NCBI GenBank assembly: GCA_001643675.2
Contig: LSRY02000040.1
Location: forward strand, 496,001 to 560,000
Origin: Monocercomonoides exilis PA203
Lineage: Eukaryota; Protista; Preaxostyla
Reading direction: 5' to 3'
Length of the DNA: 64,000 bases
The notes under the pieces were generated by a model that saw nothing but the letters and a program-made list of their open reading frames with translations, made no database searches and was not told the DNA's origin. Numbering within the stretch: position 1 is the first letter of the stretch; every line of letters starts with the position of its first letter. Positions 38,151-51,835 of the stretch are shown piece after piece. The position numbers and the translations under genes were made by a program.

Positions 38151-38984
38151 ATGGGACGTGTTATTCGTTCACAAAGGAAAGGAGGAAGCGCTTTATTCAA
38201 ATCTCACGTTCACAACAGGAAAGGTTCTGCCAAATTGCGTGCTATTGATTATGCCGAGAAACATGGATATATCAAGGGTGTGGTCAGAAGGATTATTCAT
38301 GATCCAGGGCGAGGAGCACCTCTTGCAATTGTTGAGTTCCGTCACCCATATAAGTACAAGAAGAGACATGCAACTTTCATCGCAACAGAAGGAATGTACA
38401 CAGGACAATTCATTTACTGTGGAAAGAAAGGTAATTGATTTTTCTTTTCAAGGCGTATTTGTTTAAATTTTTCAAAAATTGCTTTTATTTTTTCAGCTGC
38501 CATCGATGTGGGAAATGTTCTTCCAGTTTCATCTCTGCCGGAAGGTACAGTCATCTGCAACGTTGAATCGAAAGCCGGAGACCGTGGTGTTCTTGCTCGC
38601 TGCTCTGGAAACTCTGCAGCCGTTGTTAGCCACAACCACGAAACAGGAAAGACACGTCTTCGTCTTCCATCAGGCTCAAAAAAGATTATTCCTTCATCAT
38701 GCCGTGCAATGATCGGTATTGTTGCTGGAGGTGGTCGTAATGAGAAGCCAATCATGAAGGCTGGTGTTTGCTATCACAAATACAAGGCAAAGCGTAGAGG
38801 ATGGCCAGCAGTGCGTGGTGTTGCAATGAACCCTGTCGATCATCCTCATGGTGGTGGTAACCATCAACACATTGGTGTGCCAACAACAGTTGCCAGAAAC
38901 AGGCCAGCTGGTCAGAAGATTGGTCTTATTGCTGCCCGTAGAACAGGTCGTCGTCTTGGTCGTGTTCAAGCAAAGAATGAATAA
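38151..38984 (+). CDS. RPL8: 60S ribosomal protein L8 (uL2), 255 aa
   Basis: Exons 38151-38430 and 38497-38984 (intron GTAATT..CAG). '[11 protein letters not shown]', '[12 protein letters not shown]', '[20 protein letters not shown]', 'GLIAARRTG'. Confidence 0.98.
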
Positions 38985-39684
38985 ATTATCAATCACTTTT
39001 GATTTTTTAACTTTTTTGCAGTTATCTTGTCATGTCCATTCTTCATCCTTTCCTTTCAAAAAAGAACTTCTTCGAAATAATTGGGTTTTAATTATAGTTA
39101 GAAATCATTTATAAACTTTTGCACTTCAGCAAGCCAATTATTTGCACTTAAAAAATGAACATTCTTTAAGCGTTTCCCATCTGATTCATAAACTCCAAAA
39201 TTCAAACATTCTTTTATTTTTTAAATAAGTTTAAAATTCCGCAATGCAACTGGAGCTTAATCAGAACTCAAGAATCAAATCAGCAGATATTTTAAATTCA
39301 AAAAATCATTAAATTTGTTTGATTTTTTTTCTTGAGTGTCATATGTTGCAAAGAAGGTATCGAATAACAATATTTGAAAACATAATCATTATATAGAAAA
39401 AAAATGTTTTTTTTTTCAATTGAATCTATTTGAAGGAGTAATTTGGCAAAATTCTTTCATTTATGAAATAATAATTCATAATAAATATGCAATCGATCAA
39501 AAATACCAATAAAAGAGAATCTGCGGGAGAATAAGGCAATTTTCTTGTTCTTTCTGGCTTTTTTTTCGTAAACCTATTCCAACAGCACTACGCGTGTGAA
39601 TTATTAAACACTATTTTCAATTTTTTTGTTTCATTGTTTCCAAATGCAGGCGATTCAGATTGAATAAAACAGACAACGAACAAA

Positions 39685-41167
39685 ATGTGTTCAAGTTGCA
39701 TTTTTGAAGCAGAAAATGGATCAGAAGAGGCATTGGCGTTAAAATTGTTTGAAGGTTCAGCATTTGTTTATGCGATAAAATTTTCATTCTTTCTCTTTCT
39801 CATTTTGGTTTTTCAAAAGAAATGCTTTTCAAACCAGAGGATTGCACAGCTGAAGATCAGCAAAAAATTATTGAGAAAATATATGAAATTATGTGGGACT
39901 TGAATGAGGAAGGAATGCGTTCTGTTTTTTCTGAAGAGAATTTCGAAAAATTGAACAAAATGATAAAAAAGAAGATATTATCTTTGGACAATGCGCTTTT
40001 GTTGATGAAGCGCATCGGATATTGCAAAGTGTTAAAAATGTTTTGGAGTGGAAAATTTGTTGAGTCTTCTCTTTGCTCGGACTTGGAGTCAATGATAATT
40101 TGTGAAGAAAAGAATGAAAAAGAAGAAAGCGAACGTGGAGCAAACATCAAAGAGAGGAACGAAAAGTTGCTGGCTGACCTTTGCGAATGCTATCTGATGG
40201 TTAACAACCTCTTTTCAATCGAATTATTATCGATTTGTGTGCCTTGCCTTTTGAAAGTTGCATTGAAGAAAGAGGAAAGTCAGGAAACAAGTGAAGAGGT
40301 GGAGATGGCTTTGCTGGCTTTGAGCAATATTGAATATTGCGTATGTTCACTTCTATTTCATTTTTGAAGCTATTTATTTTGTTTTTCTTGTATTTTTATA
40401 AGGAAATAAGAAGAAAACTGTATCTGAATGAGATCAAAGCGATCATCAGATATCATCAGGAGCATCACAACCTCACTCGACTTGCCTATCAGTCAGCTTG
40501 GCAGTTTTTGATAAATGAGCCTTATTTTGAGAAGGAATTTGAAGATTGGATCACAAACGATCTTCATTTTGTGAAAGAGGCAACACGAGAACTGGACGAG
40601 CTGATGAAATGCGTGGATTGGAAGAAGACAGAAAAGGAGTTAAATAAATCGAAAGAAGTGCAGATAATATGGAAGTATCTGAAGACAGCTTGGAAATATT
40701 TTTCAAAATGCCAAGCATGCTGTGAGCGGATACAATTCAATGAGTTTGCTGAAGGAGTTGTCAAACTTTTCAAAGCAGCAAAGGAGTGTGAAAGAAGTTT
40801 ACAGACAGAATGCGCTTTCCTGCTGATGCAGATGACATTGGGCAAAGCAGAAAAAATAGATATTTTTGTGAGGAGTGGAGCAGCAGGATGCATTGTGGAG
40901 GAGATGTGGCAGCAGACATTGGGAGATCGCTCCATTGTCATATGCATCGCAGCATTTGAAGCACTTTCAGAAAGATTGAGCAAAAAGACCGACAACACAT
41001 TCAAGAAAGCGAAATGGAAGATGATCAAAAGAGAGATATTTGACAAGTTTGAAGAAGAAGGATATGAAGATATCATTACGAGCTTTCAGGAGATGAAGAG
41101 CGCTCTGAAAGAAAGATGTTGGTTCGGACGATCCGAAAATTTGTCAGGCTATTTAATCCATATTTGA
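39685..41167 (+). CDS. Lineage-specific helical protein family, copy A (~451 aa; function unknown)
   Basis: Exons 39685-39754, 39820-40340 and 40403-41167. Motifs shared with copies B and C: 'EDQQKIIE', 'LLLMKRIGYCK', 'NEKLLADLCECY', 'VPCLLKVALKK..EEVEMALLALS', 'IIRYHQEHHNLTRLAYQSAWQFLI', 'EEEGYEDIITS'. Confidence 0.85.
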
Positions 41168-41799
41168 GTCAAATGCTTCTCTTTATTATGAACATCTTCG
41201 CCATCGCCACCATTTCCCTTCTTTCCATCAGTTTATTCTTCTTCTCCGACTTCTTTGAAACATCCAGCGAGAAAGGCAACAGAATCATATAAATAAATCG
41301 GTTTATAGATTTCAAGAAATGCAAGTGAAGAAAGCGAAGTCAACAAGCAACATTATTTTGTTAACAGAAGAAGAAGAAGAAATAAAAAGATGCTGCTTTT
41401 GTTATACAAAAACATAAACACACAATTTTCAGACACTTTGATTCTGATACGAAACAATGAACTTTTTTGAAATTGTGTTTCTTTTTGTTTTTCGTTACAA
41501 TTTTATCAGACTTATATATTTTGTTTGTTTCCTTTCCTTTCTTTTTTGCTCATGATATTTTTATTGATAAATACATTTTTGAGAATGGTTATGAGTTTTT
41601 CTGAATTTCAATCTGAAGAACGAACTCAAACTGAGTTGAAAGTTTATTTCTCTGAATTTGTTTTATTTACTTATTTGTTCATTTATTTGTTTGTTTTTAA
41701 TTTTTCCAATGATTTTTCCTCGATTGCAATTGCCAATCAGCAATTCTTTTGTGAAGTGATTTCTGCAGTTGAGGAAGTTTGATGGATTTGAATCTATTT

Positions 41800-42123
41800 G
41801 AATGGAATGAAAGGTATCATTGACAGAAAAATGTTCGGTTTGCAAGCATTGTTTCACTCGAATTCTTGATGACTATTTTATTTCTTTCCTTTTCCTTTTT
41901 CTTTTTCAGTTTTTTTGAAGAATTGCATCATAAACTCGATCGATGAGCTGGAGCGAAGCCAAAGAAGAAAATGGAAGAAACGAACGGGATATGTCAAAAA
42001 CTTAAAGAAGAAGAAATCTATTCTGCATTTTCTGAAGGATTATTCAACATGAATGGAAAAATTGTTGAAGAAGAGAACGCGTCAGCTGGGAATGGCGTTT
42101 CTCCACTGAAGCATTTGGGATAA
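41800..42123 (+). pseudogene. Truncated, decayed copy of the same 3-exon family (start of exon 2)
   Basis: Acceptor 'TTTTTGAAG|AATTG' identical to copy B, followed by ELHHKLDR*AGAKPKKKMEETNG..EEEIYSAFSEGLFN..IVEEE..NGVSPLKHLG* (TGA at 41944, TAA at 42121). No downstream exons recognisable. Confidence 0.65.
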
Positions 42124-43086
42124 CAATGAATTGGCAAACTTGTGAAGCATTTGCCGTTTTTCAAAAAATGTGACAGTTTATTTTGTGCTAGCTTGAGGAA
42201 ATGAGATTCATTCCATTATGTGACTCCGAAATAGCATTTTTTTCTTTTTCATCATTTCACAGAATTACCACAAACTCAGGCATTTGAAAATTTTGTGAAA
42301 AATACTTGTTTTGTTTGTCCACTCATTCAAAATAAAATGGAGCAGCTACAAAAGAAGAAGTCAGCCGCTCGTATTTTGAGAAGATCATTTCAATGAAAGT
42401 GTTTTGAGAATTTGAATGAAGAAATGCTCAAATGAAAAAGGAAGAATTGCAGTTGACAACTGAGAGGATGAAGAGAATCATAAGAAGATATTCTTTTCTG
42501 ACAAAAAACAAGTGAAATGATTGGGAGAGCTTTTGATGCTGATTGGAAGAATGGACAAATAGGAGAATAAAAGAGAGAAAGAATTCGATTTTGATTGAAT
42601 TCTTCAGAGAAAAATTTTATGAATGATTTTTTCATGCTTCTTCTCCTTCTTCAATTTGATTGCTGCATAATTCTGCACTTTCAATATTTTCAACAGGTTT
42701 CTTCAACAAACATTTCTTTCTTCATTTCTTTTGTATTCTTCTCCTTCGCCTTCACTCGTTCATTGAAAATGGTATGAGAAAGAGAATAAGCAAAGGAGAC
42801 CAGTGGCTTTCAGAGGCAATAACTGAGCAATTGAATGCATTAAAATAAAAATGAATAGTGTTGATGAAGATGGAGGGCAATGATCCTTTGATGAAGATTC
42901 TTGATGGAAAAAATTGAAAAGAAAAGAATATCATATTTTTTCATTTTTTCATTTTTTTCAGAAAAATGCTAAAAAAAACAATATTTTAATTCATTCAATT
43001 CTTGTTTTCCTCCCATTTTGTGAAATGAATAAAAAAGAAAAGAGAATATTATTTTGGAGTTTCAATTTTCATTGAAAAGAATTTGG

Positions 43087-44546
43087 TTAAACATTCACAA
43101 AATAATCAGAAGTATTTTTTGATAATTCACGATAACAATTTTTGTTCAGAAAAGAAATCACTCCATAAAGGCTTGTTGTGATATCTTCAAATCCTTCTTC
43201 CTCCATCTTTTCAAATATCTTTCTTTTCATCTCTTTTCTTTTCGCTTCTTCCTTTTCCTCATCCTTCTTTTCTTTCAATCTTTCTGAAAGTTTCAAAAAG
43301 AAATGCAAGCAATCAGATATGATTCCATCTTCCAAAGTTGATTGCTTCATTTCCTCCAAATAGAGACCAATAGCTCCACTTTTCAACAAGTCATCAATTT
43401 TCACATTTCTCTTTTCCACTGCTCTTCTTAATGAAGAAAGGCATCCATTTAGAATTTCTTTGTAATTGTCCCTTGATGCTCGAAATACCTGAACAATGCT
43501 GCAGATAAGTCCAGCAAGTTCTTCGTTCCATGATCTGCACCAGTTTAAGAAATCATCAATAACAAGAAGCCATCTCCCAATTATTTTCACTTCTTTCACT
43601 TCTTTTCTTCTTTCTTCTTTTCTCTTCCAGTCGATGCATTTTGAAAGCTCTTCTAATTCTCTTCTTGTTTCCCCCACAAAATGCAGTTCATTCACAACCA
43701 CTTCTTCAAAACTTTCTTCTTCGAGCAATCCATAAATCAAAAACTGCCAAATATACTGATAGATAAGATGCGTCAGGCTGGAATGTTCCTGGTGATATTT
43801 GATGATTTCTTTGACTTCACTCAAATACAGTTCTTTTGGCACATCCTAATCAAAAAACAAGGGGAAAAAAAAATCAATTATATCAAAATAAAAAATAGAA
43901 GTTCTCATACGGTATATGTGTTGATGCGACATAAAGTCAATAAATTCATTTTTGCTTCCTTCTGAGTTTCCTCGTTTTCATCTTTCTTCGAGGCAACTTT
44001 CAGAAGGCGAGGTACAATGACTGAAAACAATTCCTTTGAAATAAAATCTTCATTCAGCCAAGCAAAGCATTCACAGAGGTCAATCAGACGCTTTTCGTTC
44101 TTTTCTTCTTTCTTCTTCTCATTTTCATCAATTATCATCTCTTTCATTCTTTTGCTCAATGATGAATAATCAAAAGAATAAAATGGAATCTTTTTCAGCA
44201 CTTTGCAAAATCCAGCATGCTTCAACAGCAAGATTGCGTTTCCCCACGATAATGTCTTTTCTTCAATCATTTGGTGAATTTTATTGTATAGATCTTTCGT
44301 GAAAACAGTTATGAATTCTCCTTCATTCATTTCATCAATTAATCTGTTCAACTCTTCAATTTTCTGTTTCTGTTCATCTTCTGTGCGATGCTCCAGTTCA
44401 CAAAACAATTCTTCAAAAAACATTTAAAAAAACAAATTCTTTTTCAAAATTGTTCAATCCAAATAAAAGATCAAACTTGAAAACTTCTTGGTTCTAGCTG
44501 TAGTCAGAAGTTCATTTTCAGAATCATAATCATCAAACAAACTCAT
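43087..44546 (-). CDS. Lineage-specific helical protein family, copy B (~442 aa)
   Basis: Exons 44546-44477, 44410-43911 and 43845-43087. 'RTKKFSKLFCELEHRTEDEQKQKIEE', 'NEKRLIDLCEC', 'IIKYHQEH', 'MEEEGFEDIT'. Same intron phases as copy A. Confidence 0.85.
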
Positions 44547-45719
44547 TCTGTTTGTTCCAAAAAATATTCAAAAAGAAAGGCAAAGCGTGATTAGAAACAA
44601 AATAAAAGATAAATACACACATCGTTGATTATCTTGCAGTACAAAAATGATCACAATTCAAACCGATTTGTTATTGCTTAATAAAAAAAGGGCAAAACGG
44701 AGCGCAAAGAAGCCTCAGGATTGGTTGAATAAAGACCGAAAATGGAAATCTTTTGTTTCTTTTTGATCTAACCAACAAAAAATTTTCATGAAGAAATAGA
44801 TTTCGATTTTCTTTCACATTTTGCAAATTGAGTTCGTTTTTTATTGGTGTGAAATTAGGTATTTCAATCACGCATGTATATGGTTATTGTCATCAAAAAG
44901 AAAAAGAAATAGAACAATCATATTTCATAAAAGAAAAGTCTAATTCGTATGTTGGCAAACAATGTTCAGATTGAAAATAATGAAAACAAATAATTGCGTG
45001 CTTGATGAATTCAATTTGATCGATTATTCTTGTATTTCAATTTTCAGTTTTCATTCAATATTACTCATCGGATAATTGAAAGGAATAAAAAAGACAAAAA
45101 TCAAAAAGGAATTGTCGATTCAATTCGAAAATCAGTCAAACAGCAGAAGAACATTTAAAAATGGTTTTGCAGTGAAATGAGCAAATACTGAAAATTCTTG
45201 AAGGTCATCTCCAACATCAAGGATGGCAGGACAAATGATTGGAAGAAAAGCAACAATGAATGAAGATGACATTTTTCTTTTGTTTTCATCATATGCTTTG
45301 GGAAATCAAAAAAGCCATTTGATTTCTATTGAATGACGATCAGATGAGAAATGTCGTGAATGCAGCTGTTCCATGAGAAGCATTCAGGAAGCACATCAAT
45401 CCAATAACATCTTCAATTGTTTATTAAAAACCCAGAAGAAATGAATCGGAGGATTCTACTGCTAAGCCAAAAGAATGAAGAGAGCGGAAGGGAATTCGGA
45501 TTCATTGTCCGAATTCTTCCCTTTGCACACACTTTTCTCTTTTTTGGAGCAAAATAAAAATTCGTCATTGGACTTCAGTGGCTGATGAGAATGAATGGAC
45601 ATCCCTTTTGAATTCCTCATTTATCTCTCCTTTTTATCAGTTCACAGAACAGTCATCAATAAAAATACCTGTCTCTTCACTCATTTATCATCTGACACTC
45701 TCAGGATGTTTCATCTTCT

Positions 45720-46580
45720 GCATTGGTTTTTCTGCAAAAAACATCTCTTGTGAAATCATTTTCTTTTGCAGCATCTGAACATGCTGAAAAGACACGATTA
45801 ACAACAACAGCAACTTCAGTGGTGATTGAAAGAATGTAGAACATGCTTTGGGTGAAGCAAAAGAAAGAAATATTTTTTGATGTGATTTTTGAATTCTGTT
45901 TGAATTGATGATGATTGTTTGAAAGATTTCTCCTCATCATCAACTTCTTCTTTCCAACTGCAACTTCAATTTCTTCCTCTTTCTTTTTTATTTGTCTTCT
46001 TCCTCTGTTTCATTATCTTCATGCAGGAAAATACAATTTGAGGATAGATCTTCCAACATTCTTTCATTCATTCAAAACAACTTTCTTTATGTGAATAATT
46101 TTGAAATTCATTTCATGACAAATCTCTCTTGTCCTCTTTTCCTTTTAATCTGTTTATCTGTGTCTTTTTCTTTCTCCATCCAACTCTTCATTTGTTCCAT
46201 ATTGATTGTCTCAATCATAATCTCCGTCATTTAGCATTTTCTTCGTCTTCTTCTTCTTCTTTTATTGTCTCTTTTTATCCACAAATTTCGAAAGAATTTT
46301 TGAATTTTCATTCCATTCTTATGCGTTTATGTTCTTCATCTGACTGTTTGGATTTATCGATTTGTGAAATATGCATGTCACTCCTTATCTGTTGAAAGAA
46401 AGAAAGAAAATATCCAAATTTTCTCAACAGAAAAAGAAGAAGAAAAAGATTAAAAAGCAAAAAAATCAAACGTTCTTCTTGGAATTGACTACAAAATTGA
46501 ACAACGAAGATTTCTTACAATTTATTTTCACTTTTCCTTCTGTGCTGAACACTTTTGGACACAGTTTGAGAACACACGTT
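45720..46580 (-). pseudogene. Possible heavily decayed relic of a related family member
   Basis: Coding-like composition with multiple stops, an intron-like T-rich segment (~46400-46520) and faint resemblance to exon 3 of the family. Not securely alignable by eye. Confidence 0.25.
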
Positions 46581-46877
46581 GTTTGGAGCAATTGATGTTA
46601 CAAATAATTGCTTCGTACATATCTCGCTTTCAGATCAATAATATGTTGGAAGTGATTGTGGGAAATGAACAATTTTGTGAAGCAAAAACAATAAAATAAA
46701 CAGTTCAGCGTTTCTTATTTGTTGTTATTGCACTTCACTTTGGAAAAAATGTAAAAAAAGGCAAAAAAAAAATGTGCTTCAGCTATATGATTGACAATTT
46801 GTTCAAAATTGAAAAGAAAGAAAAAAAGAAAGAAAAGTTAAATAATTGAGTTGCTAAATGACATTCATCTCTCATCC

Positions 46878-48279
46878 TTAAACATAAATAAAGTAATCAG
46901 AAATAATTAAAGATAATTCAGTATAATAATTTTCATAAAGATCAAGAAGTGCTTCACAATAACTTGTAATAATATCTTCATATCCTTCCTCTTCCATCTT
47001 CTCGAACACTTCCTTTTTTGTTGCCTTTCTTTTCATTTCTTCCCCTTCGTCATCGTACTCAATATCCAGTCTTTTCGAAAGCGCCAACAAAAACTCAAAA
47101 CAATTTCTTGCAATCACATCTTCAAATGTTCGCTTCTGCATTTCATCTGAAATAAGATCAAATACACCGCCTTTCAGCAAATCGTAAACAACAGCCAGAG
47201 TTGGCTGGTATCTGATCATCATCAAAAATATTGCAAAAACTCTTTCGAAAACGTCTCTTTGCGAATCTCTTGTTGATCTTCCCAGCTTAACCAGATTCTG
47301 ACAAAGCTTATCGCATCCTTTTCCACTCAACATTAAAATATCTAAAAAATTTGAAAGCAGCAAGAGCCATCTCATTGTTGTTCTCACTTCAGTTTTTTCT
47401 TTCCTATCATTTTGCTTCCAATCCTCGCATTCTTCCAGTTCTTCCAGTTCTCTTGCTGCTTCGAAAGCAAAACCTAATTTATTCACAATCGCATCCTCAA
47501 GCTCTCTTTCATAATAAAATCTATTTATAAAGAGCTGCCAAGAAGACTGGTAAGCCAATCTGGTAAGATTTCGATGCTTCTGATGATATTGAATAATCTC
47601 AGTAATCTCATCAAAATACAATTCTTTTTCCACATTCTGTTCAAAAAATAATAAAAATAAAAAAAACAACAAAAGCAATAAAAAACACATACAACATATC
47701 TATAGACATGACTTAAAGCCAATAAAGCCATTTCCACTTCCTTTTGTGCTTCTTTGCTCTCATCTTTCTTCAAGGCAACTTTTAGAGCACAGGGAAAACA
47801 AATTGAAAGTATTCCTGAAGAAAATGAATTGCAGAGCAAAAGATAGCATTCACAAAGATCAATCAGAAGCGTTTCATTTTTTCCATCTTTTTTCATATTT
47901 TCATCAATTATCATCTTTTCTATTCTTCTGCTCAATGAAGAATGTTTAAATTCATCTGAAAAAGCTTGTTTCATCATTTTGCAATATCCGACACGCTTCA
48001 ACATCAAAAGAACATCGCCTATAGATAATGTCTTTTCTTCCATTATTTTGTGCATTTTGTTGAACAGCTTAATCGTTTGATAAACTTTAACTTCTGCCCA
48101 ATTGATTTCCCCAATCAATTTGTTCATTTCTTCCTGTTTCTGCTTTTTCTCATCCTTGTTGCACATTTCAAGTTCATCAAGAAATTCTTTAAAGCATGCC
48201 AAATCGCATGATGATGAACCTTAACAGACAAATAAAAAAAAAACAAACTAATCAATTTTTCTGTTTCAGATACTTCCAT
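46878..48279 (-). CDS. Lineage-specific helical protein family, copy C (~427 aa)
   Basis: Exons 48279-48249, 48186-47693 and 47636-46878. 'NETLLIDLCECY', 'KEVEMALLALS', 'IIQYHQKHRNLTRLAYQSSWQ', 'MEEEGYEDIITS'. Confidence 0.83.
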
Positions 48280-48828
48280 AATTCCACAATTTGATTTATT
48301 ATCGATGCACACTTCCGTTTTAATAATAATAAACACGTTTCCCCGATGAATATCCACAGCAATCAACAAAATCCAAAAAAAAAATGCAAAACTACAATTA
48401 ATATCTGAAAAATTAAGGTGTAACAATTTCGATACAATTGTTATGATCTGAAAAAATAAATTAAACAACAAAATCCTTGTCAAACGCTAAGCTTTTCTGT
48501 ATGATTCACAAATAGTAAAATTTTGTTTTCAAATTGATCAAACCAAAAGAAATGTCTCAGTTGTATTTCAAAAAAACGAATATTAATCAAATCATTTTCA
48601 GGAAATGGTATCATCGGATTGTCATAACAAGGCCTTTGCGACAAGTGAAAATAAAGATATGCACGTCTTCTTAACAGCAAAGTCAATGTCGATTTTTTTT
48701 TTTTTTTATTTTCACAATTATTATAAACTTTCTGTAATTTTCAACTTGTTTCAAAAGTCTTCTTTGACTTAAAAATGCGATTCAAATACATTTTTGCATG
48801 AACGAAAAATTAAGTGTATCATTTTTGT

Positions 48829-48831
<3 letters not shown>

Positions 48832-48874
<43 letters not shown>
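48832..48874. repeat. Poly(T) homopolymer, 43 nt
   Basis: Uninterrupted T run. Confidence 0.9.
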
Positions 48875-48875
<1 letters not shown>

Positions 48876-51594
48876 TGAAACAAAAATCAAGAAAGCTAAA
48901 AAGCAAAATTGTATAAATTAAAGAAAAAAACCTGTTTTTTTAATATTGAAAAAGAAACGTAAACATATGAATGTTGCAATCAAACCAAATACAAAATTGA
49001 AATGGACAAACAAAAACAATAGTTTGATTTTTGAAAACATTCAGTTTCAGTTCAGACAATTGAAAAATCAAATATAATTTGAATTGAAGCTTTTTTATTT
49101 ATGTTCTTTTTTTTCTGTTTGTTCCAACATTTCTGTGTCTGAAAATAATCAAAATTAAACACACCAAATTGACATTTGCCAGTAGAATTCAATTAATTCA
49201 CATTCGCTTTATACAAACACAATTGGATATTTATTTGTGGTAGTTAAATATTGATTGAAAAAATATTTCCAATATTTGAAGAAGATGAAGAAGCAGCAGA
49301 AAGAGCAAGTGAAGAAGGGAGAAATGATTGCTGTTAATTTTTTGTTACAAGACTGAAGAATTTGAGGCAAGATGGGATTATATCGAAGTGAAAGTTTCCA
49401 TTCTGAATGTTATTTAACTAATTGAATATGCATGTTATTTTATTATTTACATATTTAACGAATAAGAAATTGGTGATTCGTAAAAAATATATTAAAATAA
49501 AAATCCATTGAATAATTCAATTTTGGGTTAGGGTTTATTGAATAATATGATATATTTATCATCGCTTCAATTTGACTCGTTTTAACCTTTTAAAAATCTA
49601 TTCTTTTTTATTGTAAATACCTTCTTTTTGTGAAATTATATCGAGATAATGATATTTGTTTCATATTTTCGATTTTACATTGTTCTCCATTATTTCTTTA
49701 AAAACATCCAAATCACCAACACCACTCTCAGTCCTTTTTTTCGCTGGTGAATGTTTTCAAAAGTTCAAAATACTGATCCTTTTCATCTTCAGGATGCTAT
49801 GTTTTTTAAGATATTTGATTTGATCATACCCAAAAAATAATAATTTCACCTAAAAAATTTTTTTAAATGGAAAAAATAACCGGTATTTTCTAGCATTTTT
49901 AATGTTATTAAAAATATGAGAACTCACTAATATTCATATAACAATTGAAAAATTAAAGTTTTAAGGACTTCGATATAACACCATTATGCCGAATTTGATG
50001 TTAGCGAAAACTGAGAAGATGGAGAAATAGATACAGGAAATTGATGAGGTGAATACGAAGGAGAAATCGATGTTGAGCAATGAGGTGCAGTTGCTGGTGA
50101 TGGAGAGATCGACCAAACAAGCTGGTTATTTTGAGCTTTTGCTGTTTGTTAGGTGCTGAAAGTTATTGAATCTTGAACTGGAACATTGTGCGTTGAAATG
50201 GAAACTGTTATCTGATGAAGAGTTGACTGAAAATCACAAGGAAATGGAAGAAAAGCCTGAGTGTAAGAAGATACACTTTTCAAAGACGCTTCATTTGAAC
50301 TTTCTGAGCTTTCTTTTTTTTCTCCTCTGCAAATGCTAGTTCTCTTACTCCGTCTCTTTCTCTCCCACTTTCTCTCTATTTTCTATCTTCTTCTCTCTCT
50401 CCTTCTCCCTCGGAATTTCATCCTCCACACTCTTCTACTTATCAGCCAGCATCTGAAAGTACTCCACAATCATCTCAGAAAATCCAGTTGCTTCTCATTC
50501 AGCTACCTCCTTTTTCTTCAGCTTGTTGCGAATCTCCTCAAACTTCTTCTCGTCCTGCAGCCTTAGCACTTCTTCTTTCTGTTCAGATTGGTATCAATTC
50601 TGTTCAGTCTCCGCTTCCTTCAATTTCTGTTTTCCATGATCTGCAATTTTTTCCCCCCTCAAATCTCAAAATCTTCTCAATATTTGTTTTTTCATTTTCA
50701 TCTCTTTTCCATCTCCAATTGATTCTGCTTCACTTCCATTGCCGCTTCTCTTCTGCTTCTCCTGCTTTTTCTCTTACTGCATCTGAATCTCCTTTCCTGA
50801 CTTTGTAATTCGAACTCCTTCGTTCACCAACCCTGCTTGATTTTCCACAACCCGTTATTTTTCGAATCTCGTGCTTCTTTCGAATAAAAAATTTTCCATT
50901 TCTTTTGTTTTTATTTTTTTTTATTCTTCCTGCTGTCCTCCTCTTCAGTCAGTCTTGTTTGTGTAGCATCGTCTCCTACACCTTCCTCCAATTAATTATT
51001 CCTCACTATTTCCGAATACGTCTTAATTATTCTGAAGTGTTCGTTCGTTGTGATGTACTGAATCTCTGACAAAAACTCACTCACTCTGCCTTTCTTGTCC
51101 TCTTCCAGCATCTCCTGCCCCATCGCACACAGATTCCGCTCCTTCTCCTTCATACTGCTCAACATGTCGTTTCTCCGTTTCTGGTTGATGTGCTGTTAGC
51201 TCCAGCTCTCTCACTTCCTCCTCACTCTTTCCAGCACATTCTTGATCTCCCACTGCCACAAATCCCGTTGCTGCTTCAGCACCACTTTCTGCCAGATGAC
51301 AATTGTACCCAGCATTCAAAGTTGCGTCTTATCGACGTTTGCAGGTCAGCTGAAGGTGAAATCGAAGATGATGACAAAGAGACGGGTGAATTGCGTGATG
51401 TTGAAATAATGATATTTAGAGTGAAATTTGTGCATAATCCAAAGAATGTTGAGAAGATTGCAATTCAAAGCGATTAATGATTGCAGTTGCTTCATTTGAT
51501 TGTTCTTTGAAACATTTGGCATTGATGTTAAACTTCAAGAAGAGGAAGAAAAGAAGCAGTTGAAAGAACAAGGAAAGCCGACGAACATTAACCT

Positions 51595-51835
51595 GGGTGA
51601 TTCTTTTTGAAAAGTCACAAATGTTTAATTTTCATATACTTCAAAAAATATCATATTTTGTTCAAATTTCAATTTCAGTACACAAATATCCTCAAGAAAG
51701 TTGGAAATTATATTATCATGTAATAGATTCCATTTGAGTGAAATTTGATATTTGTTAACAAAATAGTTAGCAAAATATGAAATTTTTGGTTTATTTGAAA
51801 ATTAAACATTTGTGACTTTTCAAAAAGAATCACCC
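51595..51835. mobile_element. Non-autonomous DNA transposon (MITE), 241 bp, perfect 40-bp TIRs, 4-bp TSD ACCT
   Basis: Left GGGTGATTCTTTTTGAAAAGTCACAAATGTTTAATTTTCA (51595-51634) is the exact reverse complement of 51796-51835. ACCT flanks both ends (51591-94 and 51836-39). No internal ORF. Confidence 0.92.

Noticed and set aside
45489-45517. Small hairpin GAATTCGGA-N7-TCCGAATTC
   Set aside because: A 9-bp stem can arise by chance in 64 kb; no supporting context.
49980-51590. Coding-like decayed segment (ORFs of 77-106 aa)
   Set aside because: Fragmented by stops; no family recognised.
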